From an uncultured Bacteroidota bacterium (GTDB taxonomy: Bacteria > Bacteroidota > Bacteroidia > Bacteroidales > WCHB1-69): a stretch of 64,000 nt of DNA. Position 1 is the first letter of the stretch. Each line of letters starts with the position of its first letter. This document shows positions 35,365 through 46,011 of this stretch, in pieces. The notes under the pieces were generated by a model. That model did no database searches and was not told the origin of the DNA. It saw only the letters and a program-made list of their open reading frames with translations. The translations under genes and the position numbers were made by a program. Location: contig CACYHG010000025.1 in NCBI GenBank assembly GCA_902774175.1, positions 1,141-65,140 on the forward strand, given 5' to 3'.

Positions 35365-36663
35365 TTATTTTTCCATGACTAACGCATCCGCCACAATCTC
35401 GGCGATGGTCTTGATCTTTACATTCAATTTATAATGGTGGCTCAGCTGCGTCAGCTGGTCCACGCAGTTGTGGCATGGGGTGACCACCACCTTCGCGCCG
35501 GTGGCGCGGATCTGATTGGCCTTAATCTCCCCTATCTTCAGCCGCCGCTCGTTGTACTCGCTCATGGCTAACTGGCCGCCGCCGCCACCGCAACAGTAGT
35601 TGTCGTTGCCGCAGGGGTTCATCTCCACAAAATCGGCGCATGACTGCCTGACCGCGAAGCGCAGCTCCTGCAGCAGACCACCGTTACGCACTAAGTTGCA
35701 GGGATCGTGCAGCGTCACCTTTTCCGCATTCAGCGCGGGATTCAGTTTGATGCGCCCGCTGCGTATGTAGTCGTTGATAAGCTCCACAACCGTCCTCACC
35801 TCAAATTCGTAGGCCTGTCCCAGATAGTTGGGCCCCTCCCAGCGCGTGGCACGTGAGCCGTGGCCGCATTCCCCTAAAATGAGCGTCTCCGCTTTCAGCT
35901 TCAGCACCTCGTCGTGCAGATGCTTTGCAATGACACCGGCCTGCTCGTTATTTCCGTTGAACAGTCCGTAGTTGGTCACGTCATACATGGTGGAGGAAAG
36001 TGTCCAGCTCTCCTTGGCGGCGTAAAAGACCTTGGCCATGGCCGAGATGGAGAGCGGGAAGAATTTCGGTTCCCTCGGATTGAGGGTATAAAGGACGTGA
36101 CAGCCCTCCTTGTCCAGCGGAATGGTTGCCTTTTCAAACCCCTCTTCCGACTGCATATCCTCCTCCATCCACTGGATGGTATCTACAAACTCCTCGGTAG
36201 GAATGCCCATATTGTTGCCTGTGTTCAGCGCGGCATCGACAGTGGCCTGCAGCGTGGCGGGAACAAGCCCCATGGCGGCCAGCATCTGCCTGCCCACACG
36301 GACGATGTAGGCAATGTCCACACCGATGGAGCAGTGCTTCACGCAGCGTCCGCACATGGTGCAGCCGCCGAACAGCACGTCGATCATCTCCTCCGCCATC
36401 TGCTCGTCCAGTTCGCGGGCATGAACAAGATGCGGAAAGATTTTGCCCGTCAGGGTGCAGTATCGGCGGTAGAGCGAAGCCACCATCTCCACTTTACGGG
36501 CCGGCATGTAGCGCGGCTCCTTCAAGGTGGTGTAATACATGCAGGAGGTGCCGCACAGCCCGCAGTGCACGCAGGCGTTCAGATGTGTCACCAGCTTGCT
36601 GTCGGCAGGCATCTTAAGCAGCTTCAGGGCTGCATCTATCTGTGCTTTGGTCAGTTTATTCAT
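35365..36663 (-). CDS. (Fe-S)-binding CCG-domain oxidoreductase, HdrD/DsrK-like
   Basis: Two 4Fe-4S motifs (CVHCGLCGTSC, CTMCGRCVKHC). C-terminal CCG-type cysteine motifs (HDPCNL, NYCCGGGGG, TPCHNC). 432 aa. Confidence 0.75.
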   Translation of the reverse strand: MNKLTKAQIDAALKLLKMPADSKLVTHLNACVHCGLCGTSCMYYTTLKEPRYMPARKVEMVASLYRRYCTLTGKIFPHLVHARELDEQMAEEMIDVLFGGCTMCGRCVKHCSIGVDIAYIVRVGRQMLAAMGLVPATLQATVDAALNTGNNMGIPTEEFVDTIQWMEEDMQSEEGFEKATIPLDKEGCHVLYTLNPREPKFFPLSISAMAKVFYAAKESWTLSSTMYDVTNYGLFNGNNEQAGVIAKHLHDEVLKLKAETLILGECGHGSRATRWEGPNYLGQAYEFEVRTVVELINDYIRSGRIKLNPALNAEKVTLHDPCNLVRNGGLLQELRFAVRQSCADFVEMNPCGNDNYCCGGGGGQLAMSEYNERRLKIGEIKANQIRATGAKVVVTPCHNCVDQLTQLSHHYKLNVKIKTIAEIVADALVMEK

Positions 36664-37315
36664 GATTCTCTTTTTTTTGTGGTGGCCACACGTTGCGCCA
36701 TCCGTAGAAAAAGCCCAGATGGTAACGCGCGGCGAAATAATAGAGCAGATGGCGGAGTTTGCCCACCGGCAGATAGAAAAACAGCCAGGCGCAGACCAGG
36801 TAATAGGCCGTGCTCACACATCGGCTGCCCCCCAAGTAACACATGGCCAGTAGTGTGAACAGCTGGAACATTGTGGTTGAGAGGTTGGAGACGAAGTCGT
36901 CCAAATGGGAAAGCTCACGCATCTCCTTTTTGATAATGCGCTTGAAGAAAAGTACAAAACCGCAAACCGTACTCACACAGAGGCAGGCTGCCAGCAGCGC
37001 ACAAAGCCATTCCAGAGAGAAAAGCCACGCCTCCACCGGCGGTATCATCAGCAGGATGAAGAGCAGAAGGCTCAGGAAAATGCCAAGGTGGAACACAATT
37101 CCGGCCGCATAGGTGGGCAGGTGCATATAGGCCGATTCCTTCTGGTTCGGCATCATTGCGGCGGTGTTGGAATAGGCCACCCCCTTCGCCACGCTGCCGC
37201 TTTTCCTGGACAGATCCTTGGGCTTGCCCAGACGGATCAGCCGCAAAAAATGCAGGCCCATCACCAAAACACAATAACAGGCGGCACATAGTGCCACTAT
37301 CCTATACCAATCCAT
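36656..37315 (-). CDS. Polytopic membrane protein, DsrM/NarI-like (putative haem-b quinol-interacting subunit)
   Basis: 219 aa with about 5 TM helices and conserved His residues (GLHFLR, IVFHLG, KLRHLLYYFAARYH). Overlaps the DsrK-like gene by 8 nt. Confidence 0.55.
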   Translation of the reverse strand: MDWYRIVALCAACYCVLVMGLHFLRLIRLGKPKDLSRKSGSVAKGVAYSNTAAMMPNQKESAYMHLPTYAAGIVFHLGIFLSLLLFILLMIPPVEAWLFSLEWLCALLAACLCVSTVCGFVLFFKRIIKKEMRELSHLDDFVSNLSTTMFQLFTLLAMCYLGGSRCVSTAYYLVCAWLFFYLPVGKLRHLLYYFAARYHLGFFYGWRNVWPPQKKENHE

Positions 37316-37339
37316 AACTGTCTGATTTCAAATAAACGA

Positions 37340-37636
37340 CTAAACGCAACCGTCCGGTTTCGGAAGGCCGGCCACACGGCATGCGCCGCGTGCGGGACCC
37401 AGCGGGAAAAGCTCGTAAATGTCCTTCAGTTTCAGGCCGGTCTCCTTGCAGATGACCCTGACCATGGGCGCCATGCCCTTCTCCTCGTAACTTTGCCGGA
37501 TGACCTTGATCACCGCCCAATGCTGCTCCGTCAGGTTTTCGATTCCGTCGGCCTTGGCAATTTCATCGGCCACCTCCTTCGTCCAGGTTTCAGGATGGAT
37601 CAGGAACCCATCCCCGTCAAATTCCAGATTGCTCAT
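37340..37636 (-). CDS. dsrC: DsrC/TusE-family sulfur-relay protein with both C-terminal arm cysteines
   Basis: 98 aa ending ...GACRVAGLPKPDGCV. This is the Cys-X10-Cys arm with a penultimate Cys, typical of true DsrC. Confidence 0.8.
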   Translation of the reverse strand: MSNLEFDGDGFLIHPETWTKEVADEIAKADGIENLTEQHWAVIKVIRQSYEEKGMAPMVRVICKETGLKLKDIYELFPLGPARGACRVAGLPKPDGCV

Positions 37637-37728
37637 GATAATGTATTGTTTTATTTCAGATTAACAAAATTTTAATACAATAAATTAATTTTACCTTCAT
37701 GGCCGCGGAAAACCCTCCGGCCAATTTG

Positions 37729-37736
37729 CAAAAGTA
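37729..37736 (-). promoter_or_regulatory. -7 promoter box (TACTTTTG on minus strand) for the dsrC-like operon
   Basis: Plus-strand CAAAAGTA, 93 nt upstream of the ATG at 37636. Confidence 0.45.
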
Positions 37737-37832
37737 GTCATTTTTCCAATACAAACGGAAAAATGCAGGCCAATATACCCACGTATTGTTTCGCGGCGAC
37801 CCCATTTTTCACGAGCAAATTGTAACACATTG

Positions 37833-37851
37833 ATATATATATATATATATA
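37833..37851. repeat. (AT)9 dinucleotide microsatellite in a divergent promoter region
   Basis: ATATATATATATATATATA, lying between the dsrC-like gene (-) and the T9SS protein gene (+), 44 nt upstream of the plus-strand -7 box. Confidence 0.9.
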
Positions 37852-37894
37852 CGTTTTTTTTCATAAAAATAGAAAAATGAAAGCTTAAAATGAC

Positions 37895-37902
37895 TATTTT
37901 TG
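37895..37902 (+). promoter_or_regulatory. -7 promoter box (TATTTTTG) for the T9SS surface protein gene
   Basis: Matches TAnnTTTG, 38 nt upstream of the ATG at 37940. Confidence 0.45.
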
Positions 37903-37939
37903 CAGAAATTTTCGAATTATTAATTAAATCATCACAGAC

Positions 37940-39876
37940 ATGAAAAGACACTTTATTATTTTGCTGTTATGCAGCATGACGGCGGCCCTTTCCGCACAGA
38001 CCTTTGGTGGCGGCAGCGGCACCCAGAGCGACCCCTATAAGATCTCCACCCCGGCACACCTCAAGGAGCTGGCCACGTGGGTGAACCAGAATCCTGTGAC
38101 AGACAAAGCAAAACTTCAGGTGGAGAATTTCATCTCCTACGGCAAGTATTTTATCCAGACCGGCCCCATCGACATGGCGGAAGTCACCGATTTCGAGCCT
38201 ATCGGGAATAACATCATACTCAATCCAAGCTACAGTGTCAGCGCATTTGCAGGCCATTATGACGGACAGAACTATCCTATTAAAAATCTTAAAATCAACA
38301 ATTCTAATTTATACGTCGGGCTTTTCGGCCTGGCTATCGGCGCCAACATCCAACGTGTCCGTCTGATCTCCTACCAGTATGCCATCCATGTAAAAGGAGG
38401 TCACTATGGCAGTATTCTAGGATACACTGTCATCACTTTGCCGCCCCAATACGAACCAACAGACATCATAAAGCGTAAAGTTTTTATTTCCGGTTGTGAA
38501 TGCACTGGAAGCGTCACCACTTCGGATTCCATCATTAGCACAACACAGTGCGGAGGCATTTCCAGCGGCGGATACATGGACATAAAGGACTGCAAAAGTT
38601 TTATGAAGGTGTATAACAACAATTCCTATAAATACGCCCAATTAGATATTGGCGGTATTGCCCGTGGTTTGTCGACATTTGCCGGTCTGGACAGTAATGT
38701 GATTGACCATTGTTTCTCCCAATTGGAAATTGTCCATACAGGCGCAACGCTCCCGTCAACTATTGTAGGCATTAGTGGTTTCAACAGCACGAAAAACGAA
38801 ATCCGCAACAGTTTCTCTTCCGGAAAAATGTATGCAAAAACCGTTTATGGAATCGGCACGTCCCGTGCTATATACGAATGCGGATGCGATGCGGAGTTGC
38901 ATGGAGCTGTTGCATACGGTATTAGCGGTAGTGGCAGGCAAGTTTCTGACTGCTATTTCACCGGTTCCATTTATGACTATGCCAATGCAGGTATAAGCAA
39001 TAAGGCACCGATAGCCTCTGGCATACAGCGGGTGGAAAACCCACGGTAAAGAGTTCCCTCATTAACCAAATTTCGCAATCCACCCCGATAGAACCCTATC
39101 CGATCCGCCACTGCTTTGTCTCCTCCAAGGTCAGCGCCAAGGACAGCGCCCGGATTTCCCGCCCCTACAATGATTCGACCCAATACCGCCTCGACATGTA
39201 CCGGATGGACGATGAGGCCATGAAGACCCCGGCGTTCGCCGACACACTGAACAGCTACAGCGGCAAAAAGCTCTGGAAACAGGATGCCGCCTGCAACTTC
39301 GGCTACCCCATCCTCGCCGCCTCCCCAATGCCCGCCTCCGCCTTCACGCGCAATGCGGACAGCATCACCGGCAGCAGCGCACGGCTGCACGCCACCTTCA
39401 ACTACGGCGATGAGGCCGCCAACGTGCTTGAACGTGGCATCGCATGGAAAATGCGGGAGGACAAGGAATGGAGCAAGGACACCAACCTGATTGACAACAA
39501 GACATTGAAGCTGAACGGGCTGAAATCGAAAAAGGTCTATATGTTCCGTGCCTACATCGAACGCGGCGTGGGCGGCACCCTCTATGGCGAGTCCCTCACC
39601 TTCGTCACCAAGCAGAGCGATGCGCTCAACGAGGCGGCTGCAGAGGAGCAGATTACTGTAAGCCCCAACCCCGCCACCGACCGGCCGCAGCTGCGCGATG
39701 CGCAAGGTTCGCTGCAAAGCCTGCGGCTGTTCAATGCCGTCGGGCAGGAGGTGCTGCGGCAGGAACTGTCAGGCAGCACCGGCACGGTGAACATATCCAC
39801 CCTCTCCAAAGGAATCTATTTCCTGCAGATCCGGACCGGCCACGGCACGGTCATGCGGAAAATCGCGAAAAATTAA
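37940..39876 (+). pseudogene. T9SS-sorted surface protein with GLUG-like beta-helix repeats, frameshifted
   Basis: Signal peptide plus GSGTQSDPYKISTPAHLKELA in frame 2 (37940-39049). The frame-1 continuation is open from 39004 (...PYPIRHCFVSSKVSA...MKTPAFADTLNSY...NFGYPIL) and ends in a T9SS C-terminal sorting domain (ITVSPNPATD...GIYFLQIRTGHGTVMRKIAKN). The 1937-nt span needs 1 nt added to restore the frame. Confidence 0.65.
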
Positions 39877-39880
39877 AAAA

Positions 39881-39914
39881 AGAGGGCTGCCGGATGGCAG
39901 CCCCCTTTTTTTTT
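39881..39914 (+). terminator. Rho-independent terminator
   Basis: GGGCTGCC-GGAT-GGCAGCCC stem-loop followed by a T-run (CCTTTTTTTTT). Confidence 0.75.
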
Positions 39915-39979
39915 GTCACATGCCGTTACGAATCTCCTTTTTGATTATTTTTGCATTTGAAATCAGATAAAAACCACCA

Positions 39980-40777
39980 ATGATGATGCAACGCGAAAAG
40001 GACGATGTCAGGGCGAAAAAAAGACTGGGACAGCATTTTCTCAATGATTTGGAGATAGCTGGAAGAATCACGTCGGCGCTCTCCCCTGAGACGGAAAGGG
40101 TGCTGGAAATCGGACCGGGCATGGGTGTGCTCACCCGTTTCCTGCTCCAGAAAAAAGGGATGCAACTTCATGCGATAGAGCTGGATGAAGAATCCGTCAG
40201 CTACCTGCAGCAGCATTTTCCGGAGCTTGCGCCAAAGCTCCATCATGGTGATTTCCTGAAGATTGACCTTAACACGGTTATTGACGCACCGTTTTCAGTC
40301 ATCGGGAACTTCCCCTACAACATCTCATCCCAAATCCTGTTCCGCATACTCGAATACCGCGACAGCATTCCGGAGGTTGTGGGCATGTTCCAGAAAGAGG
40401 TGGCGCTCCGCATCGCCTCAAAGCCGGGTAACCGCGACTACGGCATCCTCAGCGTGCTGCTACAGGCCTTTTATGACATTGAATACCTGTTCACGGTGGA
40501 TGAAAATAGGTTCAACCCGCCACCAAAGGTCAAGTCGGCGGTCATACGGCTGCGGCGCAACAGCCGCGAGCAGCTTCCCTGCGACGAGGCACTATGGAGG
40601 AGAATTATCAAGACCGCCTTCAACCAGCGGCGGAAAACCTTAAGGAATTCCTTGAAAAGCATCTCTTTTGAAGAGGGAACCACCACAACGGAGCTGTTCG
40701 GCAAACGCCCGGAACAGCTTGGCGTGGAGGATTTCATCTTCCTCACACAGCATTCAACCGAAACCACAAAACAATGA
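39980..40777 (+). CDS. rsmA: 16S rRNA (adenine1518/1519-N6)-dimethyltransferase
   Basis: KRLGQHFL motif and SAM-binding LEIGPGMGVLT. 265 aa. Confidence 0.9.
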   Translation: MMMQREKDDVRAKKRLGQHFLNDLEIAGRITSALSPETERVLEIGPGMGVLTRFLLQKKGMQLHAIELDEESVSYLQQHFPELAPKLHHGDFLKIDLNTVIDAPFSVIGNFPYNISSQILFRILEYRDSIPEVVGMFQKEVALRIASKPGNRDYGILSVLLQAFYDIEYLFTVDENRFNPPPKVKSAVIRLRRNSREQLPCDEALWRRIIKTAFNQRRKTLRNSLKSISFEEGTTTTELFGKRPEQLGVEDFIFLTQHSTETTKQ

Positions 40778-41913
40778 AAATACTGCATACAAGCGACCTG
40801 CATCTGGGAATCCGCATCTATGAGCGTTCCCTGCTTGAGGATCAGAAAGTCGTGCTCGCAAAAATTGTGGAGACCGCGCAGAGCGAACAGACCGATGTCT
40901 GCCTCATCGCCGGGGATGTCTTTGACCGCTCCGTGGCCTCCGAGGAGGCGGTCTGCCTGTTCGACGATTTTCTTACAAGGCTTAAGGAGGCCGGACAGAA
41001 AGTGATAGTGATAAGCGGCAACCACGATTCGGCGGAGCGCATCGCCTTCGGAAACCGGATCATGAACGCCGGCGGAATATACCTCTCCCCTGTCTATACA
41101 GGCCGGATTGAGCCGGTGCTTCTGGAGGACGGATATGGGACAGTTGCCTTCCATCCCATCCCCTTTCTGAAACCGGCCAATGTCAGGCCCTTCACCGACA
41201 AGGAGCTTGGCGACGACTACAACCTTGCGATGCAGCATGTGGTCGGGAGCTGCACAATCAATAGCGAATGCCGTAATGTGGCGATTGTGCACCAGTTCAT
41301 AACCAACGCGGAGCCTGCCGGTTCGGAACGCCGGATGGTGGTGGGCGGCGTGGACAATGTGGAGGCTTCCATTTTTAAAGATTTCGACTACGTCGCGCTC
41401 GGACATCTGCACAGGGCGCAGCATTGCGGAGAGCCGCACATCCGCTACAGCGGCACGCCCATGCCCTATTCGTTTGCCGAGGCCAACGATGAAAAGAGCG
41501 TGAGCATAATTGAAATGAAGGAGAAAGGCAATCTGGAAATCAAAACCATACCGATTACGCCGCCGCACGCATGGAAAATGCTGCGTGGCACCTTTGCGGA
41601 GCTGACCGACCCCTCATTTTTCCATGACAAAGGCATGGATGAGGCCTATATTCACATAACCCTCACCGACGAGGAGGATGTGTACGACGCGATAGGACGT
41701 CTCCGAAGCATCTATCCCAACCTGCTGGAGCTGCAATACGACAACAGCCGGACCCGCAGCACGGAGCTTCCGGAGGAGGCACTCTCCGCCGCCGCCGAGA
41801 AAAAGCCGATTGAATTCGTCCGGGAACTATTTAATATACAAAACAATGCTGAAATGAGTCCGGAACAGGAAAGATACCTTGAAGGGATTATCAAAAATAT
41901 TTGGGAGGAATAG
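40774..41913 (+). CDS. sbcD: Exonuclease SbcD (Mre11-type nuclease)
   Basis: MKILHTSDLHLG, GDVFD, GNHD and GHLH phosphoesterase motifs. Overlaps rsmA by 4 nt. Confidence 0.9.
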   Translation: MKILHTSDLHLGIRIYERSLLEDQKVVLAKIVETAQSEQTDVCLIAGDVFDRSVASEEAVCLFDDFLTRLKEAGQKVIVISGNHDSAERIAFGNRIMNAGGIYLSPVYTGRIEPVLLEDGYGTVAFHPIPFLKPANVRPFTDKELGDDYNLAMQHVVGSCTINSECRNVAIVHQFITNAEPAGSERRMVVGGVDNVEASIFKDFDYVALGHLHRAQHCGEPHIRYSGTPMPYSFAEANDEKSVSIIEMKEKGNLEIKTIPITPPHAWKMLRGTFAELTDPSFFHDKGMDEAYIHITLTDEEDVYDAIGRLRSIYPNLLELQYDNSRTRSTELPEEALSAAAEKKPIEFVRELFNIQNNAEMSPEQERYLEGIIKNIWEE

Positions 41914-41916
41914 ATA

Positions 41917-44691
41917 ATGAGGCCGTTACAACTCACCATGTCCGCTTTCGGCTCCTACGCCGGAAAAACCGGAATAGACTTCACCAGGCTGGGTGAAAAG
42001 GGGCTTTTTGTAATCACCGGCGAGACCGGCGCGGGCAAAACCACAATCTTTGACGCAATCTGCTTCGCCCTGTTCGGCGAGGCGAGCGGAAAAGTCCGGG
42101 AGCCGTCCGCCTTCCGTTCACGTTACGCCACGCCGGACACCCCCACCTACGTGGAGATGGTTTTCCGCTATAACTGCAAGACCTACCGCATCAGACGCAA
42201 TCCGGCCTACCAGCGGCCCGCCCTGCGCGGCGGCGGCACAACCACGGAACAGGCAAAGGCCGAACTCCAGCTGCCCGACACGACGCAGGTCATCACCAAG
42301 ACACAGACCGTCAACGAAAAAATCACGGAAATCTTAGGGATAAACCGCAACCAGTATGCCCAAATCGCCATGATTGCCCAGGGGCAGTTCCGCGACCTGC
42401 TCCTTGCCGGGACGAACGAAAGGCAGGAGATTTTCCGAAGAATATTCAACACACATAATTACAATATCTTACAAGACCAGATCAAAAGAGATGTGTCGGA
42501 CCTTACGGTAATGCTCCGGGATGCAGAAAACATTGTACGCAACGATGCGCAGAACCTGCAATGCGGGGAGACGGAAACGGCACAGAGGCTCAATGAACTC
42601 CTTTCCACGGAAAATTCACTGATGCCGCGGCTGCCGGAAATCATCACGCTCGCCGAGCAACAGATCAAACAGGACAGTGACGCGGTTCTGGAACACACTG
42701 CATGGCTTGTTGAAACAGAAAAAAAGCTTCTTGAGACTTCAGGCCGGCTTAAGGAGGCGGAAACATTCCGGCAAAATCTGCAGAAAAAGGAGGAGGCAGC
42801 CAAGGCAATCCTTGAGGCGGAACCGCAGCTTGTACTGAAAAGAAAGGCCATGGAAAAGGCAATGCAGCGCGAACCGGAAAAAGAGAAGCTCAACGCCTCT
42901 GTCACCACCATCACCCAATCGCTGCCGGACTACGACAAGCTGAATGAACTGCAGACTGAGACGGCCAGGCTGCAGCAACAGGCCGAAAAACTGGAAAAGG
43001 AATACAAAAAATGCTGCGAAGCGAAGGAGCTGTCTGAAAAAACACTGGACACACTCCAACAGGAGCAGAAATCCATAGGCGACGCCGGTTCGGAACTGGA
43101 GCGGCACAACAATGTGAAAAGGCAGTTGGAGGAGAAACTGCAGACGCTACGGCAGCTGGCCTCCAATCTGGAATCATATTTTAAAGAGTCGGAGACACTT
43201 AAGAGATACCAGCTGGGGCTGGATAAAATCATACAGGACAGACAAAAAGAGTCCAACCGGCTTACAGAGATGGAGAGCGCCTATTTTCGCGAACAGGCCG
43301 GAATTTTGGCGGAAAATCTTCAGGAGGGTATGCCCTGCCCCGTCTGCGGCTCACTGAACCATCCCAACAAGGCCGCCAAATCTGCAACGGCCCCGACACG
43401 TGAAGAGATAGAAGCGCAAAAAAAGAAATACAATGATTTGTGTGAAAGAGTCACCAATGGCACCGGAAAATGTAAGGAGGAGAAAGGACAGGTTGACACC
43501 ATGAAGGCCGGATTGGAACAGCAGATGCGCGAATTCTCTTTCGGCACAGATTTGGAGCGGCTGCCCGAAACCATACGGACACATCAGGAACAGTTGGGCC
43601 AACAGATCGGCCAGCTCACACAAACCATTGAAGACGAAAACAAACGGGTGGCGCGCAAAGCGGCGTTGGAACATACACTGATTCCACAGGCAACCTCCAA
43701 AGCAAAGGAACTTGCCGAAAAATGCTCCGAACTCTCCACAACAATGGCGGAGACCGTCAGCAAGAAAAAGGAGAAGGAGAACCAGACCGCCGATTGGAGG
43801 TCACGCCTTGCCTATCCGGACAAAAAGTCTGCGGAAGCGGCCATGAAACAACTGTCCGACCTGTGCAAAGGGATTGAAAATGAAATCCGCACCAGCACAG
43901 AAGACTACAACAAGCAGAAGGAGCTGCTTGACAAAACCGAAGGGGAAATCCAGGCCTTGGAAAAACTGACCGCAGAGGGCTGCAGCATAGATGCACAGGC
44001 CGAACAGCAGCTGCTGCAAAGCCTGCAAGAGGAAAAAAAGGTTAAGGAGAACATGGCACAGAAGCTGCGCACACGCATCGACACCAACAGCCGACGGCTT
44101 GAATCCATCCGTGCGAAGCAGCAGTCCTATGAGCATACCGCACAACAACTGGCATGGAAGAAATCCCTTTCCGACACCCTTAACGGAAAAATCAGCGGTA
44201 AGAGCCGTATTGAACTGGAAACCTTTGTGCAGACAGTGCACTTCGACCGTATCCTGCACCGCGCTAACATGCACCTTCGCACCCTGACACACGGGCAGTT
44301 TGAGCTCAAGCGCCGCATCGACTTCAAAGGCAATGCTCAGACCGGCCTCGACATCGACATAATCGACCATCACAACGGCTCGACCGACAGCGTGAAGACA
44401 CTCTCCGGCGGGGAATCGTTCAAGGCCTCTCTGTCGCTCGCGCTCGGCCTTTCCGATGAAATCCAATCCGCCGCAGGCGGCATCCGGCTTGACACGATGT
44501 TCCTTGACGAAGGCTTCGGCTCCCTTGACGAAAACTCACGGCAACAGGCGATGGAGGTGCTTGAGGGGCTGACCACCGGAAACCGTCTCATAGGCATAAT
44601 ATCCCACATGCCTGAACTCAAGGCAATTGACAAACAGATTGTGGTAACAAAACAGCCGGACGGATCCAGCCAATTGGAAATCAAAGTGTAG
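41917..44691 (+). CDS. sbcC: Exonuclease SbcC (Rad50-type ATPase)
   Basis: Walker [10 protein letters not shown], long coiled coil with Zn-hook CPVCGS, signature LSGGESF, Walker [12 protein letters not shown]. Confidence 0.9.
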   Translation: MRPLQLTMSAFGSYAGKTGIDFTRLGEKGLFVITGETGAGKTTIFDAICFALFGEASGKVREPSAFRSRYATPDTPTYVEMVFRYNCKTYRIRRNPAYQRPALRGGGTTTEQAKAELQLPDTTQVITKTQTVNEKITEILGINRNQYAQIAMIAQGQFRDLLLAGTNERQEIFRRIFNTHNYNILQDQIKRDVSDLTVMLRDAENIVRNDAQNLQCGETETAQRLNELLSTENSLMPRLPEIITLAEQQIKQDSDAVLEHTAWLVETEKKLLETSGRLKEAETFRQNLQKKEEAAKAILEAEPQLVLKRKAMEKAMQREPEKEKLNASVTTITQSLPDYDKLNELQTETARLQQQAEKLEKEYKKCCEAKELSEKTLDTLQQEQKSIGDAGSELERHNNVKRQLEEKLQTLRQLASNLESYFKESETLKRYQLGLDKIIQDRQKESNRLTEMESAYFREQAGILAENLQEGMPCPVCGSLNHPNKAAKSATAPTREEIEAQKKKYNDLCERVTNGTGKCKEEKGQVDTMKAGLEQQMREFSFGTDLERLPETIRTHQEQLGQQIGQLTQTIEDENKRVARKAALEHTLIPQATSKAKELAEKCSELSTTMAETVSKKKEKENQTADWRSRLAYPDKKSAEAAMKQLSDLCKGIENEIRTSTEDYNKQKELLDKTEGEIQALEKLTAEGCSIDAQAEQQLLQSLQEEKKVKENMAQKLRTRIDTNSRRLESIRAKQQSYEHTAQQLAWKKSLSDTLNGKISGKSRIELETFVQTVHFDRILHRANMHLRTLTHGQFELKRRIDFKGNAQTGLDIDIIDHHNGSTDSVKTLSGGESFKASLSLALGLSDEIQSAAGGIRLDTMFLDEGFGSLDENSRQQAMEVLEGLTTGNRLIGIISHMPELKAIDKQIVVTKQPDGSSQLEIKV

Positions 44692-45991
44692 GTAAGTTGA
44701 AGGCTTTCCGTACGCTGTCCACGGCATCGGTCTTCTCCCATGCGAAGAAAGTGACCTCCTTGTAATGGTGCGGTTTGCCGTCCACCATGCGTGTAACGGT
44801 CTCCGAATCCTCGTAGAAGACTTCAACCTCCTTGCGATAGGTGTCGCGTCCGAAATGACCGTAAGTGGCGGTGGGAAGGAAAATCGGATTCTGCAGCCCG
44901 AACTTTTTGCAGATGGCATAGGGCCGCAAATCAAACAGTTTGCTGACAACTGCGGCAATTTCCGCATCCTGGCGCACCCTGCCCTCCTCATCACGAAGAT
45001 GACAGCTGCCGAAAGTGTTCACATATATGCCTACAGGTTCGGCAATGCCGATGGCATATGCAATCTGCACAAGCACTTCGTCCGCAACTCCGGCGGCAAC
45101 CAGATTTTTGGCGATATAGCGCGCGGCGTATGCGGCCGAACGGTCCACTTTGGAACTGTCTTTTCCGGAAAAGGCGCCGCCTCCATGCGGAGCTTTCCCT
45201 CCGTATGTGTCGACAATGATTTTCCGGCCTGTCAGTCCGGTGTCACCATGCGGGCCGCCGATGACAAACTTCCCTGTCGGATTAACATAGAGTTTGTAGC
45301 TTGAGAACAGATTCTGGACATCTTCGGGGCATGTGGCTTTAACCCTTGGGATAAGTATCTCCTCAACATCCTTCCGGATAACGGCCAGCATCTCCTCCTC
45401 CGATGCGGAAAACTCGTCATGCTGGGTGGAGAGCACAATCGTGTCAATGCGGACAGGCCGCCCCGACGCCTCATATTCCACCGTCACCTGCGATTTGGCG
45501 TCCGGACGGAGATAGGTCATCTGCCTTCCCTCCTTCCGGATGGCGGATAATTCCTGTACCAATCTGTGCGCCAATTCAATCGGCAGAGGCATGTAGTTAT
45601 CCATCTCCTTACAGGCATAACCGAACATCAGTCCTTGGTCCCCCGCACCCTGCTGTTCCTCATCGCTCCGCTCCACCCCTTGGGTGATATCGGGCGACTG
45701 CCCATGGATTGCCGAGATGACACCGCAGGAATTGCTTTCAAACATGTATTCCCCCTTGGTGTAGCCGATATTGCGGATAACCTGACGTGCCGTTTCCTGA
45801 ATATCGACATAGGAGTGTGTCTTCACCTCTCCGGAACAGAACACAAGCCCTGTTGTGACCATTGTCTCGCAGGCCACCTTTGCTTTGGGATCCCTCCTCA
45901 GGAACTCATCCAGCAAAGCGTCCGAAATCTGGTCGGAAACTTTGTCAGGATGCCCTTCGGAAACGGATTCCGAGGTAAACAAATAATTCAT
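44681..45991 (-). CDS. metK: S-adenosylmethionine synthetase
   Basis: [33 protein letters not shown] and GGGAFSGKD motifs. 436 aa. Confidence 0.95.
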   Translation of the reverse strand: MNYLFTSESVSEGHPDKVSDQISDALLDEFLRRDPKAKVACETMVTTGLVFCSGEVKTHSYVDIQETARQVIRNIGYTKGEYMFESNSCGVISAIHGQSPDITQGVERSDEEQQGAGDQGLMFGYACKEMDNYMPLPIELAHRLVQELSAIRKEGRQMTYLRPDAKSQVTVEYEASGRPVRIDTIVLSTQHDEFSASEEEMLAVIRKDVEEILIPRVKATCPEDVQNLFSSYKLYVNPTGKFVIGGPHGDTGLTGRKIIVDTYGGKAPHGGGAFSGKDSSKVDRSAAYAARYIAKNLVAAGVADEVLVQIAYAIGIAEPVGIYVNTFGSCHLRDEEGRVRQDAEIAAVVSKLFDLRPYAICKKFGLQNPIFLPTATYGHFGRDTYRKEVEVFYEDSETVTRMVDGKPHHYKEVTFFAWEKTDAVDSVRKAFNLPTL

Positions 45992-46011
45992 TTTATTCTT
46001 CTTTTAAAAAA

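Noticed and set aside
44681-44691. The 11-nt convergent overlap of sbcC and metK, considered as a possible regulatory antisense arrangement.
   Set aside because: Short convergent overlaps of stop regions are common in compact genomes, and no additional structure was seen there.
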